Source: Psammoneis japonica (lineage: Eukaryota). From it: 34,880 nt of DNA. This document shows, one piece after another, positions 1-12,574 of the stretch. A program made the position numbers and the translations under genes. The notes beneath the pieces are model-generated. The model saw nothing but the letters and a program-made list of their open reading frames with translations, ran no database searches and was not told where the DNA came from. Every line of letters begins with the position of its first letter. The first letter of the stretch is position 1. Where the stretch lies: the NCBI GenBank assembly GCA_008632985.1, contig QPGO01000388.1:1-34880 (forward strand), in the 5' to 3' direction.

Positions 1-329
1 ATGGACAAACTGAAGTAGTTGCCCATCGTCTCGTTGTATCGATAAAAATAGAAAATCACAGCCATTTCGAGGAACGCATGTGGCTGGCACGAAGAATCAG
101 GTATTTTTTCTTGTGCGCCGAGTACAGCGGATGATCGTTCCGATTTGATTGTCAGTGCCCATTGCATCTGACTCTCTCTACTCGGTACAGCTTCATCTCT
201 ACTCAACGCCTTGTCTGGAAGAGCCCTTTTTAATGGTTTCGCAGCAGTGGTTGTCGACGCTCACGCTGCAGCGGAACGTCATCGTCGTTCGTCGTTCTGC
301 AGCGAGCTTTCATCATGTTGAATATGTGT

Positions 330-465
330 TGGAAGGATGCAGGAGACCGAACTCTTGAAGCAATCGATCTTGCCGTGAACGAAGCAAAAACAGGAGATCT
401 TGTCTTGGTTATTTCCGATGCGAATTTGAAGCGTTACCGTATTATGCCGGATGATGTGTCTGGAT
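330..465 (+). pseudogene. VWA8: Fragment of the C-terminal VWA domain of a VWA8-like protein
   Basis: AGDRTLEAIDLAVNEAKTGDLVLVISDANLKRYRI resembles the VWA8 motif GDxTLEA...V(I/L)SDANLxRYxI; no flanking VWA8 sequence in frame. Confidence 0.6.
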
Positions 466-1013
466 CTCCAAACTCTCCATGCTTTCCAGATAGTTTCCAG
501 TTTACATACTCATATTCCTTCACACACCACTTCAAAATATCCTCTGACTTTTTTCCCACGTAATGTCACTTGAAAACTTACTAGGGTCCGAGCCTATGAA
601 GGCTCGGTGCGACGACCTTGGTGACAACAGTGCTAGCGCCGTCGACACCACTCGTATCGCTTGTGCCGGCAATAGGCGCTTTTCGAGAACACGTCAAACC
701 GATGGCACCATTGTCTTCATCACTAGACGAAGCAAGTAACTGTTCCGTACTGAGAGTATGCATTGTCTTGCCGCTGGAAGGGGCGTGAGTAGTCTTCATA
801 GAGCATAGAGCTGCTCGTGGTTGCTTGTGTGTTTTTTGATGTGAGAAACGGTTGGAGGGAGTCGCTGTCAAAGTGCTACCAGAGCACGTAGGACTGTTTC
901 AGCGGCTCACCGGAGAAATAAATGAGAAGGAGGCATACACAAACGAAAGCTCTCTCTTTCTCGATATCCATCATTAGGTTCTGAGTGTGTTAAAACAACA
1001 ACGAAAAACTCAC

Positions 1014-1118
1014 AATCACACCGCCCTTGAGCATTTGAGCCAAGCCCATCTTGACAGTGTCGGTGCCGATCTTGGTTCCATTACCGTTCGTTCCATTGCT
1101 TCCGTTTGTTCCAGTCAT
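1014..1118 (-). pseudogene. PDX1: Orphan first exon of pyridoxal 5'-phosphate synthase subunit PDX1/SNZ
   Basis: Manual translation MTGTNGSNGTNGNGTKIGTDTVKMGLAQMLKGGVI, then donor GTGAGT at 1013; the expected next exon (MDV..EQA.IAE) is not found downstream. Confidence 0.8.
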
Positions 1119-1549
1119 GATGATGATGCGTATACATGTATTGTTGTTGGAAATTTGTTGCTAGTAAGTAGTTTGTTGTTGCAACAGACTCTGCACAGAA
1201 GAAGAAGCCAAGTCAGTGAAAATGATGAGCAAGAGGTGGGATGGATTTGAGTGGCTCGAATTGGCTTCCTTGTTTTTTTATGCCTCACGACATATTATAC
1301 GACAACAACCGTTTATCAATGTTCGATTTCTATGGCCCCAAATTGTTTACTCGTATGGCCCACAAATTGTTAAAGACATCTCAAACATTTATCCGAAAAC
1401 ACTTAATTGAGACATCTCTCTTCTCACCTTTTCGAGATTCAAAGTAATCACAATGGTTCATCTGTGTTCATCACAAGGCCAGTTGTCCATTTAGTTCTAA
1501 TTAAACCATTGGCTCACAAACTGTGCAGCTTCAGCATCACACACATCGA

Positions 1550-1650
1550 ATGGGAGTGCACGTCATCTTGACTCCAAAACGCCACCCTGAATTGGCGTGG
1601 GAAGGCACAGAGTGTCTTTGGGCTTGTGCAAAACGCAAGTGCAGAAATCA
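1550..1650 (+). mobile_element. Degenerate IS630/Tc1/mariner-like transposase fragment (C-terminal catalytic Glu region)
   Basis: GVHVILTPKRHPELAWEGTECLWACAKRKCRN fits the PKxHPELxxxIExxWxxxKxxYR motif after reverting ACA>ATA and TGY>TAY. Confidence 0.65.
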
Positions 1651-2199
1651 TGGTGGACCCACTCATCAGAACAGAGGTGGGCATGGACAGGGTCATGCTA
1701 AAAAAAAACAGAAGAAACACAGGCAGGAACAGCAGGTGCCCATCTGGCATGGAGGCCATGGAAACAGAGGTTCTCTTGGGTTGAACCGGGGTCGACTGCC
1801 AGAAGAAGAATCGTCGCGGGCTGCGAATCATGTGGGCCCTGACATCACCAGACAAGACTTTGAACAGCTCAATTTCAAGGCCAAGATTGACCACCAACTC
1901 CATGAGGCAAGAGTGGGAGGACACCCCAAGGATGCCATTGCACCATCAGAGTGTGCAACACAGTGGTCAGACCGACCTTCTTACAGCGAATTTTTTGATC
2001 TTTCATGGTCAAAATTTTTGTGGTTTCAAACCTCATCAGTTGTGTGCACGGTGACAATTTGACAACTGTGAAAGATGAGCTTTGTTGCCATGGAGCCCAC
2101 AACTGTCCTGTGAGGCAACACCATTCACTGTGAAACAGCCAACCATTTTCCCTGTGAGAGTGCCCACCCTCCATTCCTGCAAAACCTGCAATTTAAAAT

Positions 2200-3450
2200 C
2201 ATTTGTGTTGCAAACGCTCTGTTTTGTTGTTTGCATTTAATTTAAATGACGCAGACGGAGACAATGCCATGATGCCCGAGGCTTGCCATTCAGAGACACA
2301 AGCCCAGCGGAGATGCTGCCAACAGCGCTCCAGTCGACACCAAGGCTTGCACTCATGGATGCAGGTCGACAGTTTGCCGGGTTGGCGCTCAACCATGCAG
2401 CCTGTTGGGCATGCAAGCATGCACAGCAACAAGAGAAAACCACAAGGCTGTTTGGTTTGAGAGGTTTTTTCAACAGAGTGCATGAGAGCTGCAGACTGCC
2501 AATCCACAAAGAACGGATGCTTGGGCTGCACTCGCGACCTGCGTGTGGAACAGCGCACCAGCAGAAGTCACAAACATTGTCAGAAGCAGAGCAGCAATGG
2601 GGTGCAATTTCCCCTTTCCTGTTGACACTTGCCAAGAAGCAACAGCTCCATGGGAGAACACCAATCAGGAAGAATGAGTGCTGGAACACATGAGCACAAC
2701 TTTCCCTCTCCCAGCAAAACAGCGACTCGTGTTGAAGTTGCTCATCAAAGACAGCAGAAACCACCACAGAATCTTGCTCCAAGCAGCCAACAAGAACCAT
2801 TCAGGCAACAAGTTCCATCCAGGTGATCTGGCAATCGTGAGGAAGCAAGCACAAAAACAGCACAAATGTCAGAAAAGGGCCCAGGGAAACTTGTGACCAA
2901 GGCATGAGGGCCATGCAGAGCACTGAAGAAAGTGCACAAAGGGGCATGCAATGTCCAAAGAACTCCTTTTGCAGAAGGCAACGGACGCGCTGGCAAACCA
3001 TGCAAAGAAAGCTCAGCATGCATGGAAGCCATGCCTTTGACTTTGGCACTCCATGAGACCACCAATGGCACAGACACTTGCATGGCAATGACAGAACGAC
3101 CCACGGTCAACCATCCCCTGGAAGTGGACTTTGGCAGATGTGCCAAGACAGCACCAGAAAACAACTTTGCCTGTGACAAGATTGAGGATGTGTGCCCCAC
3201 CTTCCAAATGTGCAATGATGACGGCAACAGCAATGACAACAATGACAGCAACAATGACAGCGACCACAGCACAGCTGCAGTCTTTCTGGATCTGGACACA
3301 AAGATTGGAGAAGACGGATGCATTGTTGGTGTGAACATGTCAAAAACCAACAAATCTTTTTCTGCACATGCCTTGTTTGAAGATCGCCATTTGTGGCAAC
3401 TTGCAATGATTTTGGATGCAAAACTCTGACATGCGTGATTTGCCAACGCT
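2200..3450 (+). mobile_element. Degenerate Ty3/Gypsy-like integrase with GPY/F motif
   Basis: 2525-2626 AALATCVWNSAPAEVTNIVRSRAAMGCNFPFPVD; FHPGDLAIVRKQ; 2881-2970 PGKLVTKA*GPCRALKKVHKGACNVQRTPF (GPYRVL-like); multiple frameshifts. Confidence 0.7.
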
Positions 3451-4599
3451 GAAGAAAAGTTTGTGATGTGCGTGCACACAACAACACGCTGGCTCTGCAT
3501 GACAATTCTTCGACACAGCAGATTCGTGACAGCACACTTGTGATCATGAAACTCAAGCTGCACCTGAATCAAAATTCATCTTAGCCAACCAGATGGACAG
3601 CAGGTTTCACCATGCGTTGAGCTGCTGTCATTGGCCAATGGGGCAAAGTCTTTCACTGCCATGGCCGGTTGTCGATTTGCAGATTTGCGACCGCACACGC
3701 AGGATCCAAGTGAATCACAACAGCGCACGCTCTCATTTTTCAAACTTTGGGGAGAGGGTGCACTGTCATGAAGTGTGTGGAAAATTGCGCATGCAAAACA
3801 CACACTGAAAATGCACAGGCAGACCGACAGGCTGCGCAAATCTTAGAAACATGAGGAAAATGAAGGTGGGTCACGTGTGTGCGTGAAGTGCTGCAGACTG
3901 CACACGTGCAAAGACACACACATGTGTCTGCACATGTGCAAAGACACACACACACGTGAGTGAGGAGGACAAAGTTAAAACCAAGTTCAAATTGATTGCA
4001 GTCAAAAGGAACCAAACCACGCATCACAAAAAACAGATTTTGATCCCAATTAAATCAAACATTGCGTGCAGTGCATTGATTGAAGCTTGTGGAAGAAAAG
4101 TCAATGAGACATCAGATGAAATGCAAAAAACAGCTTCATTTTGTCAAGCACTTTTGCTGGCATTTTTTTAAGTTCTGTTTGTTGACAATTTTGACAGTGC
4201 ACTCTAAAAATGTTACAAAGGAAAGTGGAAACCACTGTGTTGCCACCTCTGATGACAGACAGAAAACAATGTGCCATTTTGGCAAACAACACGAGAGAGG
4301 ACAGTGTCAATCCCATTGCACAGAGCAATCTCTGCGACAACAATGAAGCTGTTTCAACATTCTTTGCACCTTGCCCCACATGCACAATGTGCTCGACTGT
4401 GCCAAATTTGAATCTTGAGATCCATGAATTGGCCACAAACGCGGGAATTGAAAATGGCCCATCTTCTTCATAAAAACTCTTTGACACACTTTCAACTGCC
4501 ATGTCATCTCACATTTAAAACAAATGTTGGCACACAATGTGCTTGGCATTGTTGATTGCTGCATTTTGGTTTCATGAATTGACACAAAGATTGGTGATC

Positions 4600-6900
4600 T
4601 CGGTCATTTGTTGTGACAGCATCTCTGATGCTGCGATCACAAAAATGCTCCTTGAAAGCTCTGCAAACAATGCAGTGAGCTTCTCTCACATGGAAAAGTC
4701 ATCCTGCTGTGCGTGCAGCATGTGTTTGCCATCATTGCAGACCCAAATTTTTGAGGTGCTGTTTTTTGCATTTTGCGCCTGAACCTTCCTTTTCTTGACT
4801 GTTGCTGCGATTTCAAGACTTGGGCTGCCACAACAAGGTCGTCCTTGTTGTGTTTCACAATGTTGTTTAAAGGTGGATTGTTGACAGATGCCAGAGTTTG
4901 TAAAACGGCGGTCGCATCATCATCAAAGTCCCAAAATTTGTGCATTTTTGGCATGCACATGTTTGCATGCCGACAAGGTGAAGAAGAAAATGTGTGGTCC
5001 ACTGTGAACAAAGAGCCAAGTCATTGCCCCAAGAGGTTTCAAAGCATGTGGAACAACATTCTAATGTCACTCAGGGGCTGCAAAGGTTTTAGCAATTTGG
5101 CAAGGGGCGTCAAAAAACCACCTCAATTGAGGGCATGGGCATCACATTCATTGCAAGACACATGACCTGGGGTTGCATCATTTGGAATTGCCAGAGCATG
5201 GGCTGACCACACCCATCTGTTCAAGGTTGCCAAGACTCTGCAGGAGCTTCTCTCAACATTGTTTGAGCAGGGTTTTGATGGCATCAGCAGTGAGAACAAA
5301 GACAGAGCAATCACATTTGTGCAACATGATGCTCATGCTGATGCCGTGCCATCACCTGAAAACATCAAGCATCAAGCACGTGCACATCCTGTGCTTGAGG
5401 GTTGAACCTGTTGCTGTTGTTGCAACAACTGTTCTGCACTCTGGTGGTGCATGCCCGCCACTTGCCGCCCTTGTTGTCTGCAACCTCCTTGTCCAGCCAT
5501 GTGCTTGCAAGCTTGCACGACATGCGTGTGACCACCACTGAACCTCAATTGCTGCCATTTGTCTGGAGAAAATGGGCAAATCATTGGATTTGACACCTCA
5601 AGCAATCAATCATGGTGCCTTGGTTGTCCACCAAAGTGCCCCCCTGCCTGCCTTGGCCTCTGTCACTTTGGGGTCCGCTGCCTCTGCCTCCTCTTGGTTC
5701 ACAGCCACTGCCTCTTGCAAAAGCCCCTGCCTGGGTTTCCATCATGGGACATGTCTGAAATCTTGTGCTTTGAATGATGTTGAGCATCCAATTGAGAGCT
5801 GCTCCACACAAATGGGAAAGTTCTGTGGACAAGAAGATGTGCAAGCACCAGCAAAGTGGTGGAGACACTGTTGGCTGATCATGGGGGTGCAAGCATGTGA
5901 CCTGACATTGTCAGTCTTAACTCCTTGAAGGAGAATGTCAACCTTTAGCCTGTCTGTTTTGTTTGCACTCATCCTTGCCCTTGTCAAGGTTGCAAACACA
6001 CTGGCACATTTTGCTGTGCAGCACTCAGACAACAAGCACCTCTCTCTTTCTTGAAATGTGATGTCCTGATGTCATCCAATGCCATCTGTGCATGCTTGTT
6101 GAGCTCTCCCTGTCCATTGCAATGGTTTGCCCATGCCCAGAATGCAGCGCATCTGCCCCATTCTCCACAATGTCATGACTTTCAATCCAAGTCCACCCTT
6201 CCATGTTTGCAAGACATCCTTTTGACAGATCAAGCTGAGCAGGCACATGCACTCCTCTGCATCATTGACAAATGAAGCAGGAATTGCTGCCGGCCTTGCC
6301 ACATGTTGCAATGGTTCCTTTGGCACACCTTCTGTGACAAAAGATTCAAGAGCGCATCTTCCATCATGTTGAAATCCTCTCACTTGAGTGTTGGTGATGA
6401 GCTGACCATCAAGTCGGATTCAACCATGTCCTTTTCAGCATGCTTCCATTGACATGCTTCTGCCAATGCTGCTCAATTGAACTGTGCTGCATCTGACAGG
6501 AGGTTGTGCTTCTGACAATCACAAAGCCACCAAACCAAAGCTTGCAAGTTCTTAATCTGGGCTGCACAAAGTGCCACTCTCCCATCTTGGACAATGCATT
6601 GACCAGCCCCGTTCACCATTTTTTCTGCATCCCGCAAGTCTCTTCCACAACTGCAACATTTTCCAAAGTGCGCTTGTCATGAAACACCAAACAAGCTCTT
6701 GCATTGATGTCAGCAATGCCACATGACTGCAACATGTTGTCAACATCTGCTGCAAGCACTGATGCCGCCATGACCTGAGCTGGTGCTGCTGCCATGCTTT
6801 CTGCAACAATGTCAACAGAACAGTGTCCATTGTGGACAAACAAAGTGACTGTGAGACTCACATGATGGGCAAGAACAGAGACTGAATGCTTCACGAGCAT
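4600..6900 (-). mobile_element. Degenerate Copia-type (CoDi-like) gag region
   Basis: Broken minus-strand frames: MLQSCGIADINARACLV...TLENVAVVEE, DGRCALESF..EG, DRLKVDILLQGVKTD; resemble diatom Copia gag by recollection; boundaries approximate. Confidence 0.4.
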
Positions 6901-9580
6901 TGTGGTGACAGGTTGTCACAATCAGCCGGTGATGAGAGGCCACCCCACCCCACACTGTTGTGTGTTCAAAACCTGTCACACATGTTGAAAACTGGTTCAT
7001 TTGCAAGTGTGATGCCATTTCAGCCCCACAGCAATTCTCATTGTTTGCACTCCAGTCATGTTTGTGATGTTGCACAATGCACACACACAAAACCACTTTT
7101 TCTGCGGCTGACAACTGTGTGGGCATGCACAGCAATGAATGGCTGTGTCATTTTGACTCACACCCATGCAACAATGACAACATTTCACTTGGACTCTCAA
7201 TGATGCAGTGCAGCTCTGACAAAGCAAACAAACAGCAATGTGGTGCTGTGGCTCATGCCACAACACTCTTGCCCTTGTCTTCCTGTCATGTCAAACACAC
7301 ACGTGTGCATTTGCACAACCATTGCTGCAAAGATGACAAGCCTTTCCCACCCAGCCATTCCACACACACTGACCAAGAAAGACCACTTCACTCAGATTTA
7401 CTCAACATTCACAAGCGAGTGACTTTAGAACTGAAAATTTCAAGCGCACAAAATGTCGTCAGAAGCACGCACACTCTGGCCAGCTCTGGCAGTCTAAAGA
7501 CACCTGGAGAGGCTCTCAAAACCTTTGCTTTTCGAAAGCAATGGTGTCCAATGATGAAAGACAACAGCTGTTGTGGCAAAGAAGTTTGAAAACAATGACT
7601 CACTGGGGGAGAGGCACAGGTCCCTGGTGCAAGAAGCCCTCCAATGTCAGACAGAACTTGGCCCTGAAGACAATTTCAGGATAAAAGGATTGTGGATGCG
7701 ACAGACCAGAAGAAAGTCATGTGTGCATTGTGCATGGCCAACCAAAAAGCATTGTCGCCACCGTGTCAGACCGCAGTTGAAGATCGGAGTGCCGCATGTG
7801 CAATGACGGGAGAGACGCAACGATTGCAGCTGTGGTGCAGTTCATTGGCGGCACGGTCTTTGAGCGTCCACTCTTGACGATTGCCTAGACAGGATGCATC
7901 CAGTTTCCAAGAGTATCTCTTGACGATTGCCTGCCATATACAGGATGTACACTACAGAAGCTAACATGCTGTTATAACCAGAATAGATACTCTGCACTTG
8001 GCCACGCCAAAACTTCTCCTCTAATCCTATCAGCACACAAATCGTCTCCTCCCTGACAGCACTGACACGGAGCGTTGGACTTACAAAACCTCCTGTTACC
8101 ACTCTCTGCCCAAACACATCCACTTGAAGTAGCCCGCACTTCCATGCCAAGGGATCTATCCCATCCAAATTGCGAGTGTCACCGCATCAATAAGTATAGG
8201 AGAGCAACCACCAGCGCCATTACGTCAAAGGGTGTGACGTTAACGGATTTCAACGAAGAGTTATGAACTCGCTGAAAAATACAGTAACGGCAAGATAGCC
8301 AAGGTGTGAGTTGGCATACAATATCACATCCAGCTTTGCTCTGAATGTTGTCATCGAAACTCAAAGGAATAATGGCCGACCTTGACGATGAACAAGAGTG
8401 CGCACGGAAACAATGCATGAGCCGTGTTCTTCAATTTATGTGGCGAAACACAGATGCCCGTATATCACACAACAGAACATACCTTACACCGCCGCATATG
8501 AAAAGCAATAAAATGGGCTTTGAGGCTTTGACGACTCTGTCCGTTCTGTAGCGGATGGTTCAGACCCCGAATGCAATGTGTAGAAGATTTTTAGTGTCCG
8601 AAAGGGCAAAGCCAATGCCACGTAGTACCCCGTTCAGGTAGTTGTAGTCTATCTGGACCTTTGGTAGAGGCGGAGGCATGTTGGTTATCCCGTCTCAGTA
8701 AATGTAAGGGGTCAAACTACGCCACGTTCAGCTCGAAAGAAGTCCGTCCGACAGCATCAAACGTGACATTTCCGGTTTCAGTATCTTTTTGTCGAATGAA
8801 GTTGAGCAAGTGGTATTATGCGTGGACAAATCACGAGGCCCTGTCATCAGATCAACATCAATATAATCCGTAACACCCACAAAGCTTGTATTGACAGCGT
8901 GCTCGTAACGGGAGACGCCGTCTGCTGCAGACTTGATTATTCTTTCGACTGGAAGCTGATCTCCACCTGATCGGGATGGTTCTGGAGCTCTTGCATGCTC
9001 GAAACCAATGTATCAAGCGCACGAGTTCCTGGTATCGGCATGGAACTTCCACGAGTCACTTGCAGGATTGATGTAGGCTATCTCAGAAAATACAGACACA
9101 AAGAGAGATTCGGATCGGAGCCGCAAAGTGTTGCGCATTCGCTCATGGTGTACAGTATTTGTGATCGGTGGCGAATAACATCAGCGATCGTCACAGCGCA
9201 GCTAATCAACAGCCCCAACTAATATATAATAAAATGTCATGTGCGTGTCAACGGAAACCACGAATAAGATTTATTGCCTCACAGAGACTTTTGGCGAATA
9301 GTCGTCAGTCGTCAGAAGCAAAGAGGAAATGAAAAAGGCGTGGCCATGGCGCTGCCGTAAGATTGTAGCGGTATTCCGAGTTTGGATTCGAGATGATTAC
9401 TTGGATCAAGCCCAGTACCGTTTAAATTGTGTCAAAACCAACTCTGCACTTCGCGGACACGATTGCCTACACGCGAAAATCCGAAATGTGCAAGCACGCA
9501 CTTTCCCACGCTCTTATCTTTCTTCGGCTCACAACCGCAGTTCTGGCAAGAAAGTAAAGTATCGCATCGACAATATCACC

Positions 9581-11310
9581 ATGTTGTACACTTTCCTCTT
9601 CTTGAACGCCTTGTTTCTCTTTGGCACTTATGACCGAATCAAGGATCCTGATCAGTTCAGCCCATTTGTCGCGGTTTGCTGGTTCCTCGTGTTTCTCTTT
9701 TTGAGGACAGTCAACGTCTGGTTATTTGCGGCTGTATGTCTTATCTATCTCTATCTTGTCTTTGAGGAGCGGGCTCAGGCGCATTATGACGACGAGGGTT
9801 TGACTACAGATTCGACCTTTGAAGACAATGAGCCATTTCTGCAGTAAGTTCTCTATTGCGCTCGTTGTTTGTACTGCCTGTTACGACAACATTTGTTTCT
9901 CACGTCGCATTCCTTCTGTTCCTTTTCCTGCTTTCATCCCTATTCACGGCATTGATCGCGACAGTATTGCTTTTCTTGAGCCGGTGTCAGAAAAAGAAAA
10001 GATCAACCTTTTGCCTCCCAAGCCGAGCCCTCTGAAGCACCAGCTCAGCCCAGCTCACGGTGTTGGTTGCAACAGCAGCACAATTCGCGAGCCAGTTCCA
10101 ATGTACAAACCCCCACCGGCGGTCGAAATGGAATCAGAAAAAGACATCTTCAAAGCTTTGCCTCCCAAGCCGAGCGCTCCAAAGTGCCAGTTCAGCTCTA
10201 CTCACGACATTGGTTGCAACAGTAGCGACTCTCGCGAGCCGGTTCCAATCTACAAGGACTCTCCACTGTCGGTCAAATGGAGGACAAAAAAACTCAACAA
10301 CATCAAAGTTCCGCCGATCGAAGTTCCGCCAAATCGAAGTTCCGCCGCCCACGTCAATCCCTAGGAAGTATCGGTTCACCCCTGTTAACGGTGCTGGTTG
10401 CGATGGTGGCGCCTTTCACGAGCCGGTTCCAACGAACAACTCTCCACCGTCGGTCAAATCGGAAGCAGAAAAAGACAACGTGCCCCAGCCAAAGTTACAG
10501 TCGGCAGTATCTGAAGGAGACGCGGAGCCTTTTGAGGTGCCCCACCCAAAGTTGCATTCGGCGGCATTTGAAGGAGACACGGAGCCGTGTAATCCAAAGG
10601 AAGAAGAAGACACTGTCGAGGAAGCTTGTTTCGAGGCGCCCCAGCCAAAGTTGCACTCAGTAGCATCTGAAGGAGACACGGAGCTTTTGAATCCAAAATG
10701 TAAAGAAGACCCTGTCATGGGGCCTTGTTCCGAGGTGCTCCAGCCAAAGTTATATTCGGTAGGGGACAAGGTGACGTTCAAGTATCGGTTCTTCGACAAA
10801 ACCATTCCAGCTGAAATCGACGAAATTATCTATGACGGCAACACAGTTCGGCACTACTCTGTCTGCTACCCCCCTTGCTCAGTGAATTATGCCAATCCAG
10901 TGCAAGAACCTGGAGGAGAGCTTGTTTTCTTGGAGATTCCTCCAAAGTTTTCGGTGGGTGACAAAGTGATTCACAAGGCTCGAAGTTGGCAAGAGGCCAC
11001 TCCTGCCGTCGTCGTTAGAATTATCACCCACGAGGACTTCTATCCGTCCTATGCTGTCCGTATGCCTGATGGGGAAGAGAGAGAGGCCGTCGATTCACAT
11101 CTCACTCCTGCGCCGAAAACTCCTATTTCAACGTACACGAAGGGCCAGGACGTGCTTTACTGCCGCAACAACACTCGTGTAATGGCCAAAGTTGTAAATG
11201 TCTACTTTGATGATGATCTCGTGGCGTACTACGACATTCAATGTGTGGATGGGAGCGAGAGACAGACGATTGATTCCTACTTGGAGGAGGATCCCGATCC
11301 GGATTTGTAA
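9581..11310 (+). CDS. Putative membrane protein: N-terminal hydrophobic helices, Pro-rich internal repeats, three C-terminal SH3/Tudor-like modules; one apparent frameshift
   Basis: Exon 9581-9843, intron GTAAGT 9844-9964 (CAG), continues in the 9819 frame, switches to the 10060 frame at ~10332; modules begin YSVGDKV, FSVGDKV, YTKGQDV; last two end Y(A/D)(V/I)xxxDGxER. Confidence 0.6.
10302..10347 (+). repeat. Three copies of the 15-bp unit ATC(A/G)AAGTTCCGCC(G/A) with one extra A
   Basis: Units at 10302, 10317, 10333. Confidence 0.9.
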
Positions 11311-12574
11311 CGAGTGTTCTGACTGGGTCTGGGTTTTTTGCTATTGCGGGTGGAAAAGTTTGTCCATGATTGTATCTTATTTTTCGTCCAGACCTGCATT
11401 GTCGTATGGACATTATGGTCATTTCAGATGTCAGCTTGCTTTCCGTAAGCACGTGTCATGCTGAGAATGAGAAAACGAGAAACAAACATTGGACAGACTT
11501 TTCGCGTGCAAGGTAGAAGCTCACGGATTGTTGGATTCAATATCGCGGGTGTGAGGTATGGGTTACTGGGGCTCAAGAGGGATTGCTTAGTGCACTGTAG
11601 AGTATTAGGCCTACAGATCAAAATGATGAAAACAAAACAAAAAATTAGCCAACAAATTATGAATTAAAATATCTCTCTTTACGCTTTTTTGAAAACAAGG
11701 ATTCGAAGCTATCAAGTACACCAGTGCCGGCAGTGGTAGCATGCGGCGAGTGGCCAAAAGAGCGGAAAATGGTATTACCGATAGTCAGTCCGAAAGAGCG
11801 TAAAGGTCGTTCAAGATACATCTGCCGAGTGGTCAAGGATTTGTGTACGCACCCTTCTTGGTTTTGTTTGAACTGGCAAATTTGTTTTAAGTACAACACG
11901 AGAGCTTTATAGTTCATAGTGAACACCTCTAGTTGTAGCTACACATGTATTCTCAAAAGCTTTGTTCTCTTGAAGTATCGATTGGTGGGTTGCTTCTCTA
12001 GCTTCCGCAGCCCGGATATCTTTCGGATTTCTTCTTCTGGGATGCCATCGAGATATTCTCTCTGTGTCTTGATGCACGATATGGTTTGGCGGAGGCGAAG
12101 ATGATGGCTTCTCTATGCTAGCTGTGCTGGTTTGTGGCTGCATCGGAGTTGAAGTAATAGTTTCCGACTTGGAAATAAATTTTGCAAAGTACTTGGACGA
12201 TTATTAGTACTGAACAAAGACTATAGCAGCGATAAACAATAAATGAGCACATGCGTCCGTTCAATAAAAGTATCAAATACAAAAATGACACGTACCCTTC
12301 GCCAATCACCTTGTCTGGAGTGGGTCCAATCATTTCACAAAGTCGTCTCAGCTGATCGTGCTCATAAGCACAGGTAGTAGAGACAATCCGAGGAACAGTT
12401 CGGCGGCCACGCGTCAAAGGACCACATGTCAAATTGCGGAATTGTACGGTAGCACTAGAGTAGAAGAACAACCAGGCTGTGGTAAAATCGAGATTGAACA
12501 TAGGTATGAGCCGTGTGTCCTTCAAAGCAAGCCGTACCGAAATTGATTAACTTGATATTGCTCAAACCAGACTA

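Larger units (their letters stand above)
1400..7910. other. TpA-depleted, TpG/CpA-enriched hypermutated transposon block A
   Basis: No RTAY tetramer seen by eye between ~1360 and ~7910; six-frame ORFs nearly Tyr-free and Cys/His-rich. Confidence 0.9.

Noticed and set aside
7440..7810. Possible piggyBac-like C-terminus (FAFRKQ...RKSCVHC)
   Set aside because: Motif too short and degraded; no TIR or TTAA target found
1514..7877. Dozens of overlapping Cys/His-rich ORFs resembling metal-binding proteins (also 19564-27183)
   Set aside because: By-product of TA loss: TAA/TAG stops and Tyr codons are removed in all six frames
1400..7910. Alternative genetic code or foreign (viral/bacterial) insertion as the cause of the odd composition
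   Set aside because: The bias is frame- and strand-independent, spans several unrelated elements, and coexists with frameshifts and TGA stops
7871..7932. 16-bp direct repeat CTCTTGACGATTGCCT at the edge of block A
   Set aside because: Copies are only ~46 bp apart and have no partner at the other end of the block, so not a TSD or LTR
7950..9300. Short ORFs between block A and the membrane-protein gene (also 11400-12500, 14170-15200, 27450-28250)
   Set aside because: No recognisable motif or coherent exon structure; left unannotated
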